Assembly (NCBI GenBank): GCA_018780035.1
Contig: JADMKE010000003.1
Span: 146,753 to 210,752, forward strand
Origin: Candidatus Sericytochromatia bacterium
Lineage (GTDB): Bacteria; Cyanobacteriota; Sericytochromatia; UBA7694
DNA length: 64,000 nucleotides
Direction of reading: 5' to 3'
The position numbers and the translations under genes are program-made. Under the pieces are notes generated by a model. That model searched no databases and was not told where the DNA came from. It saw only the letters and a program-made list of their open reading frames with translations. Shown piece after piece: positions 1 to 10,057 of this stretch. Position 1 is the first letter of the stretch; each line of letters begins with the position of its first letter.

Positions 1-669
1 GATTCCAAAATGGAAAAACTGGCAGACGCTGGCAATGGCAATTATGCGTACATTGACAGCCTGATGGAGGCAAAAAAAGTGCTGGTTCAGCAATTGGGTG
101 GCACTCTGTTGACCCTGGCCAAAGATGTCAAATTGCAATTGGAATTTAACCCCGCCAAAGTGGCCCAGTACCGCCTGATTGGCTACGAAAACCGCTTGTT
201 GCGCGCCGAAGATTTTGACAATGACGCCAAAGATGCAGGCGAACTTGGGGCGGGCCACAGCGTGACCGCGCTTTATGAAGTGATTCCAACCGGGGTTGGC
301 AGCGGCAATGCCAACGATCTGCGCTACCAACAGACCCAGGTCAAACAAACCGCCCAGAACAGTGATGAATTGCTGAATCTCAAGCTGCGCTACAAACAGC
401 CCAACCAAGACAAAAGCCAATTGATCGAAAAAGTGGTCAAAGATGCCAGTTTGCCCCTGAGCAAAACCAGCGATGACTTCCGCTTTTCTGCCGCTGTGGC
501 AGGATTTGGGCAGGTCTTGCGGGGTTCAGCCTTTAAAGGCGATTGGACCTTGGCCCAGACCCGCCTTTTGGCTGAAAAAGCCAAAGGCAACGACACCCAG
601 GGCTACCGCAAGGACTTCATCACCCTTGTGAGCCAGGCTGAGAAGATCAGTGCAAACAAGCCCGACTAA
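1..669 (+). CDS. vWA-domain protein, C-terminal portion (YfbK-like, DUF3520 region); 5' end outside window
   Basis: Frame 1 is open from nt 1. The motifs AQYRLIGYENRLL, DNDAKDAGELGAGH and VTALYEVIP are typical of the conserved C-terminal region that follows the vWA domain in YfbK-type proteins. Confidence 0.55.
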   Translation, partial: DSKMEKLADAGNGNYAYIDSLMEAKKVLVQQLGGTLLTLAKDVKLQLEFNPAKVAQYRLIGYENRLLRAEDFDNDAKDAGELGAGHSVTALYEVIPTGVGSGNANDLRYQQTQVKQTAQNSDELLNLKLRYKQPNQDKSQLIEKVVKDASLPLSKTSDDFRFSAAVAGFGQVLRGSAFKGDWTLAQTRLLAEKAKGNDTQGYRKDFITLVSQAEKISANKPD

Positions 670-684
670 GTCGAACCAAGCCTT

Positions 685-2181
685 TTAACTGGGCAAACGC
701 AAAAAGTACGCATCCCCCTGCAAGTCGCTCTTGCCGCTCAGACAGCGGCCCCAGAGCGAAAAAGCAGGGGTTTCCAAACGCAGATCTTCACAGGCAAGGC
801 CTGCTTGTAGTGCCGGGCTCAAGTGCAGATAAGATCGCAAGGGCACCACAAACTCCAGCCGCAGCCGCCCAGCAGGCAAATTGGTGACCCGTGTCAGGCC
901 CTGTAAATCTCCCCAAAGCGAAGCATGGCGAATTTGTACCTGAGAACCAGGCAAAAGCAAAAACTGCTCAGACGAAAGCCCCAAAACCTGTTTTGGCCGC
1001 AGATTCACATCTTCATGATTCAGTTCTAGCGCGATCAGAAAGCCATTTTGTTTTTCGAAACTGTGAGGATCTGCCGCTCTGATCTGTTTCTCGGGGAAGC
1101 GCTGGGCCAAAACCAAAGCCAATTGCGCTCCCTGTTTGGGAATATATCCGCTCCAGGTCGAGAGCATTGCCTCAATCGTCTTTTCCCTGATCCGCTTTTG
1201 CCAGTCTGGGTAGATCTGTTCGAGCAGCAAAACCTGCAAAAGCCCGGCATGGCGCAGACGCTCAATTTCGGTCAGACCCTGCTGCGAGCGGTCAAAGAGT
1301 GTGTTGAAAAGCGCGACAGGATTGCGAAAGAGGCCCAAATGTTTCAACTCTTCGGGCAATTCGCTTTGGTTCAAGCTCTCTTCCTGACGCAAACAGAGCC
1401 AGCTTTCCAGACCCAAAATCCGTTCTAAATCCGCCTCAATTTGGGAAGCCTCACTTAAATCCAAGGCCTTTTTTAAGCCCAACCGCTGGCTGCGACTCGC
1501 CAAATAGAGCTGAATCCACTCTTGGCGCAGGGACTTATCTCCGGCCTGCAAGGCACGCTCCAAAGCCATTAACTCCCGCTGCCACGTGCCTGTCTGCGCA
1601 CTGGAGAGGCCATTCAGGGCCTCTAGCGCTGCCAGTGAGACCAGACCCGTAGCATTTCCCCAAGCACGAAAGGCCGAAGCCAGGGGACGGCAAAACCCAG
1701 GCAAATCCTGCATTGAGGCTTCGAGCAAGGGCTTAAGCCGTGGTTCTGCTGCGCTTTCTAAACCTGGCTCCAGCTCAGAAAGCGGTGAAAGTGCAAACAC
1801 CCGTTTAAAATCTGGCAGAGACAGGCTATTGGCAGGGGGAGCCGCATGGGTCAAGAGCCAGTCACACTTGGAATCATTTAATTTGAGAGCCAAAGTTTCG
1901 GGGGCAAAATCCTGCCAGAGTGGCAATGGCCGGTTGAGCAACACTTGCCAGCTGAATTCTGCAATCTGCAATTCCAGGCGTTGGTTGAGGGTTAAGGGGC
2001 AATGCTGAGTGGGTTTTGTAGCTTGTGTTTGGGCCTGGGTTTGAGCCAGGGCAGGCTGAGAAAATCCCCAGCTGCCAGCCAAGATACCGGACACAATGCC
2101 TGAGAAGAAGAAGCCGGTCAGAAAAAGGAGGGTATAATACATATAATTGTATTCTAACGCGGGAAGGAAACAGTCGCGCAT
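685..2181 (-). CDS. hypothetical membrane-anchored protein (single N-terminal TM helix, Leu/Gln-rich)
   Basis: 498-aa ORF with an N-terminal hydrophobic segment YYTLLFLTGFFFSGIVSGILAG followed by AQTQAQTQ. No recognisable catalytic motif. The start is ambiguous: M1 has an SD-like aagagga, and M14 is an alternative. Confidence 0.4.
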   Translation of the reverse strand: MRDCFLPALEYNYMYYTLLFLTGFFFSGIVSGILAGSWGFSQPALAQTQAQTQATKPTQHCPLTLNQRLELQIAEFSWQVLLNRPLPLWQDFAPETLALKLNDSKCDWLLTHAAPPANSLSLPDFKRVFALSPLSELEPGLESAAEPRLKPLLEASMQDLPGFCRPLASAFRAWGNATGLVSLAALEALNGLSSAQTGTWQRELMALERALQAGDKSLRQEWIQLYLASRSQRLGLKKALDLSEASQIEADLERILGLESWLCLRQEESLNQSELPEELKHLGLFRNPVALFNTLFDRSQQGLTEIERLRHAGLLQVLLLEQIYPDWQKRIREKTIEAMLSTWSGYIPKQGAQLALVLAQRFPEKQIRAADPHSFEKQNGFLIALELNHEDVNLRPKQVLGLSSEQFLLLPGSQVQIRHASLWGDLQGLTRVTNLPAGRLRLEFVVPLRSYLHLSPALQAGLACEDLRLETPAFSLWGRCLSGKSDLQGDAYFLRLPS

Positions 2182-3022
2182 GGTTTCATCCTCTTTTCAG
2201 GAATCTGACCACGGCCCTCAACTTGGCAAAGGCACAGGAGATCTCTCTGGTTGGGACACTGCCGCCCAGGTTGCCAAACAAAAATTGCAAGAGCGGGGCA
2301 GCCTGGATTTTTTAAATGAATCGGGCCACGGTGCGCTGGAGCCTGGGGTGGTCAAATGGCTCTACTGGGCTGAAAGCCATCAGGGATCTGAAATTATCTA
2401 CAAGACTGAAACTGGCTTGGTCAAAGGTATTCCCCTCAATTCGTTTTACGATTTTCCCGAGCGTTACGAGGCCAAAATTCAGCAGGGGGCGTATATCTCC
2501 CTCGAACTTGAAGATGGCCGCTCGCTGGTGCTCTACGTGCAAAACTGCACCCGCGAAAACCTCAACGACCAAATTGCCGCGGCCAAACAAAATGTGCCCG
2601 TTACCACCGAGCGGCCTTTGCAAGATCGCATTCTCGAAAAACTCAAAGAAGACGGCCATCTCGGTTTTATGAGCAAAGAGGGCATACGCCAGCTTTCAAT
2701 CAAATTGCTTAAATACCTGGACTATGCCGTGAATATTCGCCCGGGTTCTGAGGTGATTTACCGCTCTGCCAATGGACTGGTACACGGCGATACCCTGGAA
2801 AAACTCTTGGAGCGCCCAGAACTCTTTGAAGACGTGCCCAAGCCGCTGTATTTGGCTCTGGAAGTGGGCGATTTTTCGGTTATATTTGATACCCATGATC
2901 CCCAACCGGCCACGGTTCATGCCCTGATGGAAAAGGCCCAAAAACTGGCCGAACGCAAAATCTTGCAAAACCAACAAAAACTGACCGGTCCACTTAGCGC
3001 AGGACCGCCTTTGGCGACCTAA
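2180..3022 (+). CDS. hypothetical protein
   Basis: ORF 2147..3022; the ATG at 2180 (MVSSSFQ) is preceded by ggaagga. No recognisable domain. Confidence 0.4.
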   Translation: MVSSSFQESDHGPQLGKGTGDLSGWDTAAQVAKQKLQERGSLDFLNESGHGALEPGVVKWLYWAESHQGSEIIYKTETGLVKGIPLNSFYDFPERYEAKIQQGAYISLELEDGRSLVLYVQNCTRENLNDQIAAAKQNVPVTTERPLQDRILEKLKEDGHLGFMSKEGIRQLSIKLLKYLDYAVNIRPGSEVIYRSANGLVHGDTLEKLLERPELFEDVPKPLYLALEVGDFSVIFDTHDPQPATVHALMEKAQKLAERKILQNQQKLTGPLSAGPPLAT

Positions 3023-3027
3023 GTCGC

Positions 3028-4560
3028 TTAAGGCGCCAGTTCCAAGAGTTTGAAGTAGGTTTGATTGTCGATCTTGCCGTTGGGCTCCAGGCCGTGTTGG
3101 GTCTGGAATGCTTTAACAGCCGCTTCGGTGCCTGGCCCAAATTGGCCATTGCTGCCTTTGGTGTTAAAACCCAGATGGGTCAATTTCTTTTGCAGGGCCC
3201 CGATATCCGCGTTAAAGTCACCTTTTTTAAACATAACTTCGGTGGGACGGCTGCGCTGGTGCTCCAAATAGGCGGCTTTGAGGGCTGCACGGGTGTGGGT
3301 GTCGATCGTGCTGCCGGTGGCCGGCAAATTGTGGGCCGTCTGGAAGGCTTTGACCGCAGCCGTTGTGCCCGGACCGTAAGCGCCCGTGGTGCCTTTGGTG
3401 TCGAAGCCCAAAGCGGTGAGTTGTTTTTGAATCTGACCAATTTCGTTACTGCGTTGACCTTGGCTGTGCAAGACCTTTCCGGTCTTTTTATAGCGATCAA
3501 CGGTGGCGGCATCCGTCACTGCTGCTTTGTGCATCATGGTCACATCATAGGTGCCAACCATGTCACCTTTGCCGGAGAGGCGGCCAGTTTGGGGATCGAG
3601 GCGCAGTTTGTGGGTGCCCCCTTGGGCGGGATCGTTAAAAGTGTAAAAGGTGCCGGCTTCATCTTGGCCCCGACCTGTGACCAAGACAAAGTGGTCGGTA
3701 ATCCCCTCGTTGTACTCTTTGCCGTCTTGTTTGCGGTAGCTCACACCCACAATCGCGGGGCGACCGGCGTTGAGTTCGGCATCGAGGGTATCCAACATTT
3801 TCTTGGCGTTGGTCTTGTTGACGGTGACGCGGCCTGAGGCATTTTCTTTACTTGCGACATAGGCTTCGCCTTTTTCCATGTCCCCATCGCGCACGCGGTC
3901 GCGGGCATCAAATTCGGTATAGGCGTCGGGGGTGCCGTCTTTGCCATGAATGGCGTTGTACATCATGGCCTCAGAGGCGCGGTAACAGCCGGTGCGGGTC
4001 TCCTGTTTAATGGCGGTCACGGGCACTTGTACAGGTTCTCCACGGTAAGCATCGCGCAAGGCGGCCACAGCGGCCACAGTGCCTTTGCCAAATTGGCCAT
4101 CTTTGGCTTTGATCAAGGCATTGCCCTGTCCCAGGGCTTTGAGATCGGGGTGGTTCAAGCGGCTGTCGAGGGCTTTTTGAATTTTGATAATTTCATCGGC
4201 ATTGGCGGGGTCTTGAATGCTCTGCTCGCTGATTTGCAAATGGCCCATGCCATTGCGCTGCAGCACTTGGTTGATCTCGTCAACGGTAATGCCATGTTGA
4301 TGGAGTCCAGCCCGAAAACCCGCCACAATTTCATTTTTCTGGTTTTGAGTCCATTTGGGGCCTTCGGAAATGCCCAGATCAAAACTGGCTTGGGCCGTGC
4401 CTCGGGCCGCACCCACATTGGCGGCATCGCTGGGGCGGACAGGGGGCAAAGGCACCTGGGTGGGCGCGGTCGTGGTGGGGCGGGGAACAGGACGCGGAAC
4501 CGATGTCGGGACCTGTGTCGGCACCGTCAGTCTGATCGGTTGATTGTTGGTTTGAACCAT
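3028..4560 (-). CDS. peptidoglycan-binding-domain protein with central papain-like (C39/CHAP-like) cysteine peptidase-like domain and Pro-rich N-terminus
   Basis: Three PG_binding_1-like repeats (GQFGPGTEAAVKAFQTQHGLEPNGKID, GAYGPGTTAAVKAFQTAHNLPATGSID, GQFGKGTVAAVAALRDAY). The central region has a candidate Cys (TGCYRASEAMMYN) and His (DHFVLVTG...FYTFNDP). The N-terminal 55 aa are rich in P/T/V (PTQVPTSVPRPVPRPTTTAPTQVPLPPVRP). No signal peptide. Confidence 0.5.
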   Translation of the reverse strand: MVQTNNQPIRLTVPTQVPTSVPRPVPRPTTTAPTQVPLPPVRPSDAANVGAARGTAQASFDLGISEGPKWTQNQKNEIVAGFRAGLHQHGITVDEINQVLQRNGMGHLQISEQSIQDPANADEIIKIQKALDSRLNHPDLKALGQGNALIKAKDGQFGKGTVAAVAALRDAYRGEPVQVPVTAIKQETRTGCYRASEAMMYNAIHGKDGTPDAYTEFDARDRVRDGDMEKGEAYVASKENASGRVTVNKTNAKKMLDTLDAELNAGRPAIVGVSYRKQDGKEYNEGITDHFVLVTGRGQDEAGTFYTFNDPAQGGTHKLRLDPQTGRLSGKGDMVGTYDVTMMHKAAVTDAATVDRYKKTGKVLHSQGQRSNEIGQIQKQLTALGFDTKGTTGAYGPGTTAAVKAFQTAHNLPATGSTIDTHTRAALKAAYLEHQRSRPTEVMFKKGDFNADIGALQKKLTHLGFNTKGSNGQFGPGTEAAVKAFQTQHGLEPNGKIDNQTYFKLLELAP

Positions 4561-4746
4561 GCCGCGTGTCTCCGCTTCTGAGGGTAATTTAAGTCGTTAA
4601 GAAAATTATGGCACAGCTGGCGTCTGATCTTGCGCAACCAAACACAGGATTGGTTTAAATTTAGTTTAGGCTTCGGTCTTTTTCGGCCCCAAAAAAATTC
4701 GCTGTTCTGATTTTATACCCAACTACAGGACTTTCTTAACACATGC

Positions 4747-6195
4747 TCAGCGATTGAGATCCAGCACCAATTCATGCAAAAAGTCCAAGCCCCAGAAAAA
4801 GCCTTCGACGCCCAGCCGTTCATCGTTGCCATGGGCCCGTGTGGCGGTGGCTTCGTCGACGCGGTAGGCTTCAAAGCCATAGACCTTGAGGCCCAAAGCA
4901 CGGTATAGCGAGCTGTCGGTTGAAGAGGTAAAGATGGTGGGCACCACGGGCAGGCCTGGATAGTGGCGGTGCAAGACCCGCTCCAAACTCGCAAAATATG
5001 CAGTGTCGGCGGGAGAATAAAGCGACTGATAATATTCTTCGATCTCAATTTTGACCGTCTTGTCCCCAATCACTTCGCGCAATTTTTGCAAAAAGCGCTC
5101 TTTGTCTTGCCCTGGCAAAAGTCGGCAGTCGAGGCTTAAACTGGCAGAATTGGGGATAATATTGGTTTTGTCGCTGCCACGCATGCCGGTAATTGAAATG
5201 GTGTTGCGCAACATGGCATTGATTTCAGGGTGCTCAGCCAAGGCCTTGAGAAAGGCCGGATTTTTGAGTGAGCGGGTCATGTCCTTTTGGTAGCCAGGCA
5301 AGCGGGTCACGTCACCGGGGTATTGCAGACGCAGGCTCTCAGCCAGTCCTGGCAAGACTTCAAAGGGAATTTCCTGGCTGTAGGCCAGAATTTTTTGGGC
5401 AGCACGCAGGGCCCGGTTGACGGCATTGTCAGCCATAGGCACCGAGGCATGGCCGGGTGTGCCAAAAAAGCTCAATTTGAGCCAGAGCGGGGATTTTTCA
5501 CCTATCCCGACCATGGCGTAGAGGGCTTGGCCTGTTTCGTTTTCGGTCACGGTTTTGCCTTCATCAATCAGAAATTCAGCTCCGCGAATCAGCTCAGGTT
5601 TGTTTTGAATCATCCAGCGCGAACCCGATGAATTGACCTCTTCATCGGCCACGGCCAAAAAGATCAGGTCGCGTTTGAGGGGCTGTTTTTCCCGTTTGAG
5701 CCGAATTAAGGTATAGAGATCAACGATGCCTTTGCCTTTGACATCAATCGCTCCCCGGCCATAGACAAAGCCTTTGTCGATCTGCCCCGAAAAAGGCGGA
5801 AAAGCCCAAAACTGGGGATCAGCCGGGACGACATCCATATGGTGCAAAAACACCAGGGGTTTGCGGCTGCCATCACCGCGCAAAATGGCATAAAGATTGG
5901 CCCGGTTTTTGCCATTTTCAGGACCAAGTTCAAAGAGCTGGTTTTCGATTCCCTCTTTGTCTAACAGGGCTTTGAGAAAGCGCGCAGTGGGCAATTCATT
6001 GCCCGGCGGATTGCTGGTATCCATGCGCAAATACTGCTGAAAATTGCGCAAGGCCTCTTGTTTCAAGGGGCTTGGTGGCGGCAAAGGTGAGAGTGCGCTT
6101 GCTGGCCAATTCAGGCAAAGACTGGCACACAGACCAGCGCAGAAACTGACACTCAAGCGAGTTCCAAACAACTTAAGCAACTGAGATTTGAACAT
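4747..6195 (-). CDS. M20/M25/M40 family metallopeptidase (secreted)
   Basis: Motifs HHMDVVP, GRGAIDVKG and ADEEV are the M20 metal-binding and catalytic signatures. N-terminal signal peptide. Confidence 0.8.
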   Translation of the reverse strand: MFKSQLLKLFGTRLSVSFCAGLCASLCLNWPASALSPLPPPSPLKQEALRNFQQYLRMDTSNPPGNELPTARFLKALLDKEGIENQLFELGPENGKNRANLYAILRGDGSRKPLVFLHHMDVVPADPQFWAFPPFSGQIDKGFVYGRGAIDVKGKGIVDLYTLIRLKREKQPLKRDLIFLAVADEEVNSSGSRWMIQNKPELIRGAEFLIDEGKTVTENETGQALYAMVGIGEKSPLWLKLSFFGTPGHASVPMADNAVNRALRAAQKILAYSQEIPFEVLPGLAESLRLQYPGDVTRLPGYQKDMTRSLKNPAFLKALAEHPEINAMLRNTISITGMRGSDKTNIIPNSASLSLDCRLLPGQDKERFLQKLREVIGDKTVKIEIEEYYQSLYSPADTAYFASLERVLHRHYPGLPVVPTIFTSSTDSSLYRALGLKVYGFEAYRVDEATATRAHGNDERLGVEGFFWGLDFLHELVLDLNR

Positions 6196-6313
6196 AGGGC
6201 CACTCCCGCTTTTTTCTTCAGGATACGCAAGACTGCCTCAATTGGGAAGATCCGGTGATTGAGTTCAAGACGCAGTTGCTCATCTATGTTCAGGTTTATG
6301 TACAGGTTTATGT

Positions 6314-9300
6314 TTAGGGGCGGTAATCAAATGCCACACGCAGGCGGTTATCGCTGCCCAGTGTGGGTTTAAGGGTGGTGCGTCCCGCTGCTTCTGGGCC
6401 CAAAGCCTGTGCCATCAAGGCCTGTACTGGCAGGGTGACGGTTGTTTCGCCCTTGGCGCTGGCACGGGTTATCCCCATTTTTTTCAATTGTTCGAGTACC
6501 GTGTCTCGGGCGCTGCCGCGAATAAAGTCCAGATCGAGGAAGCCAAAGAGTTTGGCCTGATCGACTTTGATTTCCACCTGATCTCCTGTTATGCGGGCAC
6601 CGATCACGATATCACTTACCACCGAGTGATCAAATTTCACTTCAATGCGGCCCTGATTGAGTGCTGTTTGGGTGGGTTTTTTGAGGGCTTCAGAGACCAA
6701 ACCATTGATCCAAGCCACCGCCATTTGATTGGGCGAAAATGTGACATTTCCACGCACGCCCTGATTGGAGGCCCGCACTTGCACATCCATGGGTCCGAGG
6801 CTGGTTTCAACCTTTTGTACGCCCAATTGCAAGTCGTAATTGACCTTGCCCTTGTCGCCAGTGATCAGGCTGCTGTCTTTGAGAGCGACCGTGACAGACT
6901 CATTGTTTAACCGGAATTGATTACCCAGCAATTTGAGAAAGGCCTGTAAATCAGGGTGATTTTTGGCCAAACGCATCAATTCATCGGATTTGATCCGAGA
7001 GGTTCCGCCCAATTGGGTGGTCTCTGAGCCCTGCAACTCACCTTCGCCAATGGCCAAATGGGTATCGCCACTGAGCTGGGTTCGGGCCTTTTCACCCCGG
7101 GTATCCAAGCTCCAATCGGCCTTTGCATCCACTGCCAGGCCGGCATCGGGGGTTGCTGCTCCCCAAATTTGCCCCTGATTCACAGTAAAATTGCCGTTTT
7201 CGGTCGTGACAGTGGCGGGGCCGAGTTGGCCCGAAGCCATGATTCGCTCTGCGCTTGCACCCAGGGTGCCTTGGTTGAATTTGACAGCGACATCTGCCCC
7301 AGGGGTATCCAGCTTGCCCTGGGCCTCAATGCCTTGAGCGGCAATCATTTCGGGAGACGCTGAAACACGGGTGGCCTCAGCACTGATCTGGCTGCTGGTG
7401 GTGCCATCGCTGCGGCGCACCTTGGCATCCGCTTCAAGCCGCACCTCACTTGCCACAGCCGCCGCGGGTAACATGCCATTTTTCTGAAAATAATCGCGCA
7501 GATAGTCCAGATAATTGGGCTGAATACCTTTGCGCTGAGAAAATGTACTTCGGGCAGCTGGTTCCATTTTGGCCAGGGCCCGCCACTCAGCATCTGTCAC
7601 CTTGGCCATGATGCCCCTCACGGTTTCATAACTCAGCCCGGTTTTCCCTGCACTGAGGCCATGGGGTGTAAGCAATTCTTTGGCCGGTTTTTGGGCCATT
7701 TCAATCCGAAACCCCATCAATTTTGCGGCAGCCTGAATCGCTGCTTCGTTGGGATTGAGTTTGACTTCAGCGGCGCTGAGTGAGGCCCCGGCTTCAGATG
7801 TAACCTGGCCATTGGCGCTGGTGCTCACACGCAGAGCTGCCTCTGGCTTTTCAAACTTGGTTTCACTGGCACTGTGGCTAAATGCTTGCAAACCAGCAGT
7901 GGCCGTGACTTTGCTCTGTTCGGGTGCATTCATGCCCTGATCTTGAAAGTATTTGCGCATATACAGCAAATAATTGGGTTGCAAGTTTTTCTCGGCAGCC
8001 AAGCTTTGCACAGACTTATCGTCGCCACTGGCCACCTTTTGCCACTCAGCAGGGGTGAGTTTGCCCAACAGGTCTTTGACCGTTTGAATCGTCAGACCCG
8101 AACGTCCAGGGGTAATCCCTTTGGGGGTGAGGTAGGCTTTGGGATTGCTGCGGCCATTCAAATCTTGGACAAAGGCCTTGAGACGGGATTCAAACGGCGA
8201 TTTAGCTTCTCGGACTGTTGCATCAAGCGCTAATTTTGCTTGACCGGTACTGATCTGGGGCGGGGCATTTTCTGCGTTGGAAAGCGCCCCACTGGCCAGT
8301 TGAGCGCTCACGCTGGCTTCTGTTTGCGTTCCTGAGGGTGTCTGGCTGCTGATTAAGGCCTTGAGATCGAGCCCTTGGAGTTGCATTAAAAGCCCTTTGC
8401 TGCTGCTCTCGAGATTGAGTCGGCCCAATTTAAACGACAAACTGCCCTGCAATTGGGTATTGCTGGCCAATGTTCCCGTTAGTTTTTGCAGATCACCCAG
8501 CAGGCCTTGCACCGGTTGTTCTTGTAAAAAAGCGACAAACTGGCCCAATTGGGTGGGATCAATGCCCAGATTGGCAGCTGTTTTGGCCAATTCACCTTGA
8601 TTGGTTGAACTGAGTAACGACTTGAGTAAATCCGTGGGCACTTGGCTGAAAATTTTCTCCAAACTGGCGCGGTCGATGCCATATTCTGCCAATTTTTTAT
8701 CTACAGCAACGAGGGCATCATCGATCTGCTTTTTCAAATTTTGAATGCGTTCGTCGGTCAAAACGCCTGCTGCTTGAATTGTGCCTTCGGCCTCGGTGAC
8801 TTCCAGTGAGGTGCTCTGGCCGTCGCTGCGAATTTCAGCCTCTGCTCTGTCGAGGGTCAGGTTATCAGGGGGAGCGTCAGCGGGTCGGGTTATGGTCATG
8901 TCAGGGACATCGGCAGCGGGGCTTTCTGGGCCCGTTCCGCCACTTAAACCCGCATTTTCACTCGCAATCCGCACCCGTCCATCGGGCAAAATCTCCAATT
9001 GGGGCTTTTCAGGGGTCAAGGTCACCCGTGAACCCTCCAAAACAGAACCTTCTCCGGCCAAATCTTTGCCATTTAAGCTTAAATTGCCGGGGTTAATATA
9101 GACCCGATTCCGCTCACTGTCCCAGTCCAAATCGATCTCACTTTGAATCCCCGAACCGGCATCCACCTGTAATTTGCCGTTTTCAAAAATCTTACGCATG
9201 TCTTCGGGTTTCAGACCCACAGCCCAGGCCAAGCCGTCTGCGGCTTTGTCACGGCTCCAATCAACGGCGCTATCCACTGTGTCTGAAATCGATTGCCTGA

Positions 9301-10057
9301 CCGCTTTGGGATCTTGTCCAATACCCGCCACTGTCGCGTCAAAAGCGTTATTGGCCTGCTCTCCAACCCAATTCCAAGCCTGAGAAAGGCCTTTTGTGAT
9401 CAGATCCGGTGTTTGATCCAAACGAGGCGCAACGAGCCCCGGCTGGGGTTGAGAACCATACTCCAAAAACAGGCGGCCTTGATCACTGCGCAAATCTGCG
9501 ATATGAAAGCCACCCACGCGAATTTGATGGTGACCAGCAACTCCTTCTTTTCCGGGGACATAGGTCACTTCTGCTTTGTGTTTGCCAAAAGGCAAGACAT
9601 CAACCACCCCCTGAGCGATCTGTTGGACAAAATCATGGGAGAGGGTGACCTCGACTTTTTTAATGGAACCTGTCAGGTCGTCAAGACTGCGCTGTTCAAA
9701 TCCGTTTTTGTCAGTGAGCTGCAGACCCTCAACCCGAACCTGAACCGGGGCTGCTTTGCCTTTGGGCGGTTCGGGAGCACTGTCTTCAAAGAAGAGCAAA
9801 ACCGACTCACTTTTACCGGATTTCAGCTGCTGCAGCGTTGCCAGGGCATCTTGACTGCCTGTTTTGCCTGTTTTGCCTGTTAGGCTATCTGCCATCCACT
9901 TTTCAAATTGGGCTTCAGTGGCTTTGGGATTTTCTTTTTGATAGGCCTGTTGGAGGGTCTGCACTTCCTGGCGGGTCAGCCGTTTATCTGCAATCAAAGT
10001 CTGGAAAGTCTGCCGAGATGACGAAATTTGAGTCACAAAATCCTCCACGGATAGCAT
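6314..10057 (-). CDS. large (1247 aa) hypothetical protein with internal ~75-aa repeats
   Basis: Long uninterrupted ORF. Internal repeats LTPKGITPGRSGLTIQTVKDLLGKLTPAEWQKVA...QPNYLLYMRKYFQDQGM and LTPHGLSAGKTGLSYETVRGIMAKVTDAEWRALA...QPNYLDYLRDYFQKNGM. No signal peptide and no known catalytic motif recognised. Confidence 0.5.
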   Translation of the reverse strand: MLSVEDFVTQISSSRQTFQTLIADKRLTRQEVQTLQQAYQKENPKATEAQFEKWMADSLTGKTGKTGSQDALATLQQLKSGKSESVLLFFEDSAPEPPKGKAAPVQVRVEGLQLTDKNGFEQRSLDDLTGSIKKVEVTLSHDFVQQIAQGVVDVLPFGKHKAEVTYVPGKEGVAGHHQIRVGGFHIADLRSDQGRLFLEYGSQPQPGLVAPRLDQTPDLITKGLSQAWNWVGEQANNAFDATVAGIGQDPKAVRQSISDTVDSAVDWSRDKAADGLAWAVGLKPEDMRKIFENGKLQVDAGSGIQSEIDLDWDSERNRVYINPGNLSLNGKDLAGEGSVLEGSRVTLTPEKPQLEILPDGRVRIASENAGLSGGTGPESPAADVPDMTITRPADAPPDNLTLDRAEAEIRSDGQSTSLEVTEAEGTIQAAGVLTDERIQNLKKQIDDALVAVDKKLAEYGIDRASLEKIFSQVPTDLLKSLLSSTNQGELAKTAANLGIDPTQLGQFVAFLQEQPVQGLLGDLQKLTGTLASNTQLQGSLSFKLGRLNLESSSKGLLMQLQGLDLKALISSQTPSGTQTEASVSAQLASGALSNAENAPPQISTGQAKLALDATVREAKSPFESRLKAFVQDLNGRSNPKAYLTPKGITPGRSGLTIQTVKDLLGKLTPAEWQKVASGDDKSVQSLAAEKNLQPNYLLYMRKYFQDQGMNAPEQSKVTATAGLQAFSHSASETKFEKPEAALRVSTSANGQVTSEAGASLSAAEVKLNPNEAAIQAAAKLMGFRIEMAQKPAKELLTPHGLSAGKTGLSYETVRGIMAKVTDAEWRALAKMEPAARSTFSQRKGIQPNYLDYLRDYFQKNGMLPAAAVASEVRLEADAKVRRSDGTTSSQISAEATRVSASPEMIAAQGIEAQGKLDTPGADVAVKFNQGTLGASAERIMASGQLGPATVTTENGNFTVNQGQIWGAATPDAGLAVDAKADWSLDTRGEKARTQLSGDTHLAIGEGELQGSETTQLGGTSRIKSDELMRLAKNHPDLQAFLKLLGNQFRLNNESVTVALKDSSLITGDKGKVNYDLQLGVQKVETSLGPMDVQVRASNQGVRGNVTFSPNQMAVAWINGLVSEALKKPTQTALNQGRIEVKFDHSVVSDIVIGARITGDQVEIKVDQAKLFGFLDLDFIRGSARDTVLEQLKKMGITRASAKGETTVTLPVQALMAQALGPEAAGRTTLKPTLGSDNRLRVAFDYRP

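Noticed and set aside
2179-2182. CATG where divergent ORFs 685-2181(-) and 2180-3022(+) both place their ATG
   Set aside because: Two divergent genes cannot both initiate at overlapping start codons without any promoter space. One start (probably the minus-strand M1; M14 MYYTLLF is the alternative) is likely mis-assigned.
3061-3837. 258-aa plus-strand ORF (and many similar long antisense ORFs, e.g. 20061-20498, 34164-34775, 46475-47203, 51961-52563)
   Set aside because: They lie entirely within and antisense to strongly supported genes (PG-binding protein, valS, MshEN gene, SBP, ccsB). They have Gly/Ala/Val-rich composition typical of GC-rich shadow frames and no SD.
6271-6312. Short direct repeat caggtttatgt x2 near the M20 gene start, considered as CRISPR or repeat element
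   Set aside because: Only two 11-nt copies with no spacer or repeat array structure; most likely a promoter-region coincidence.
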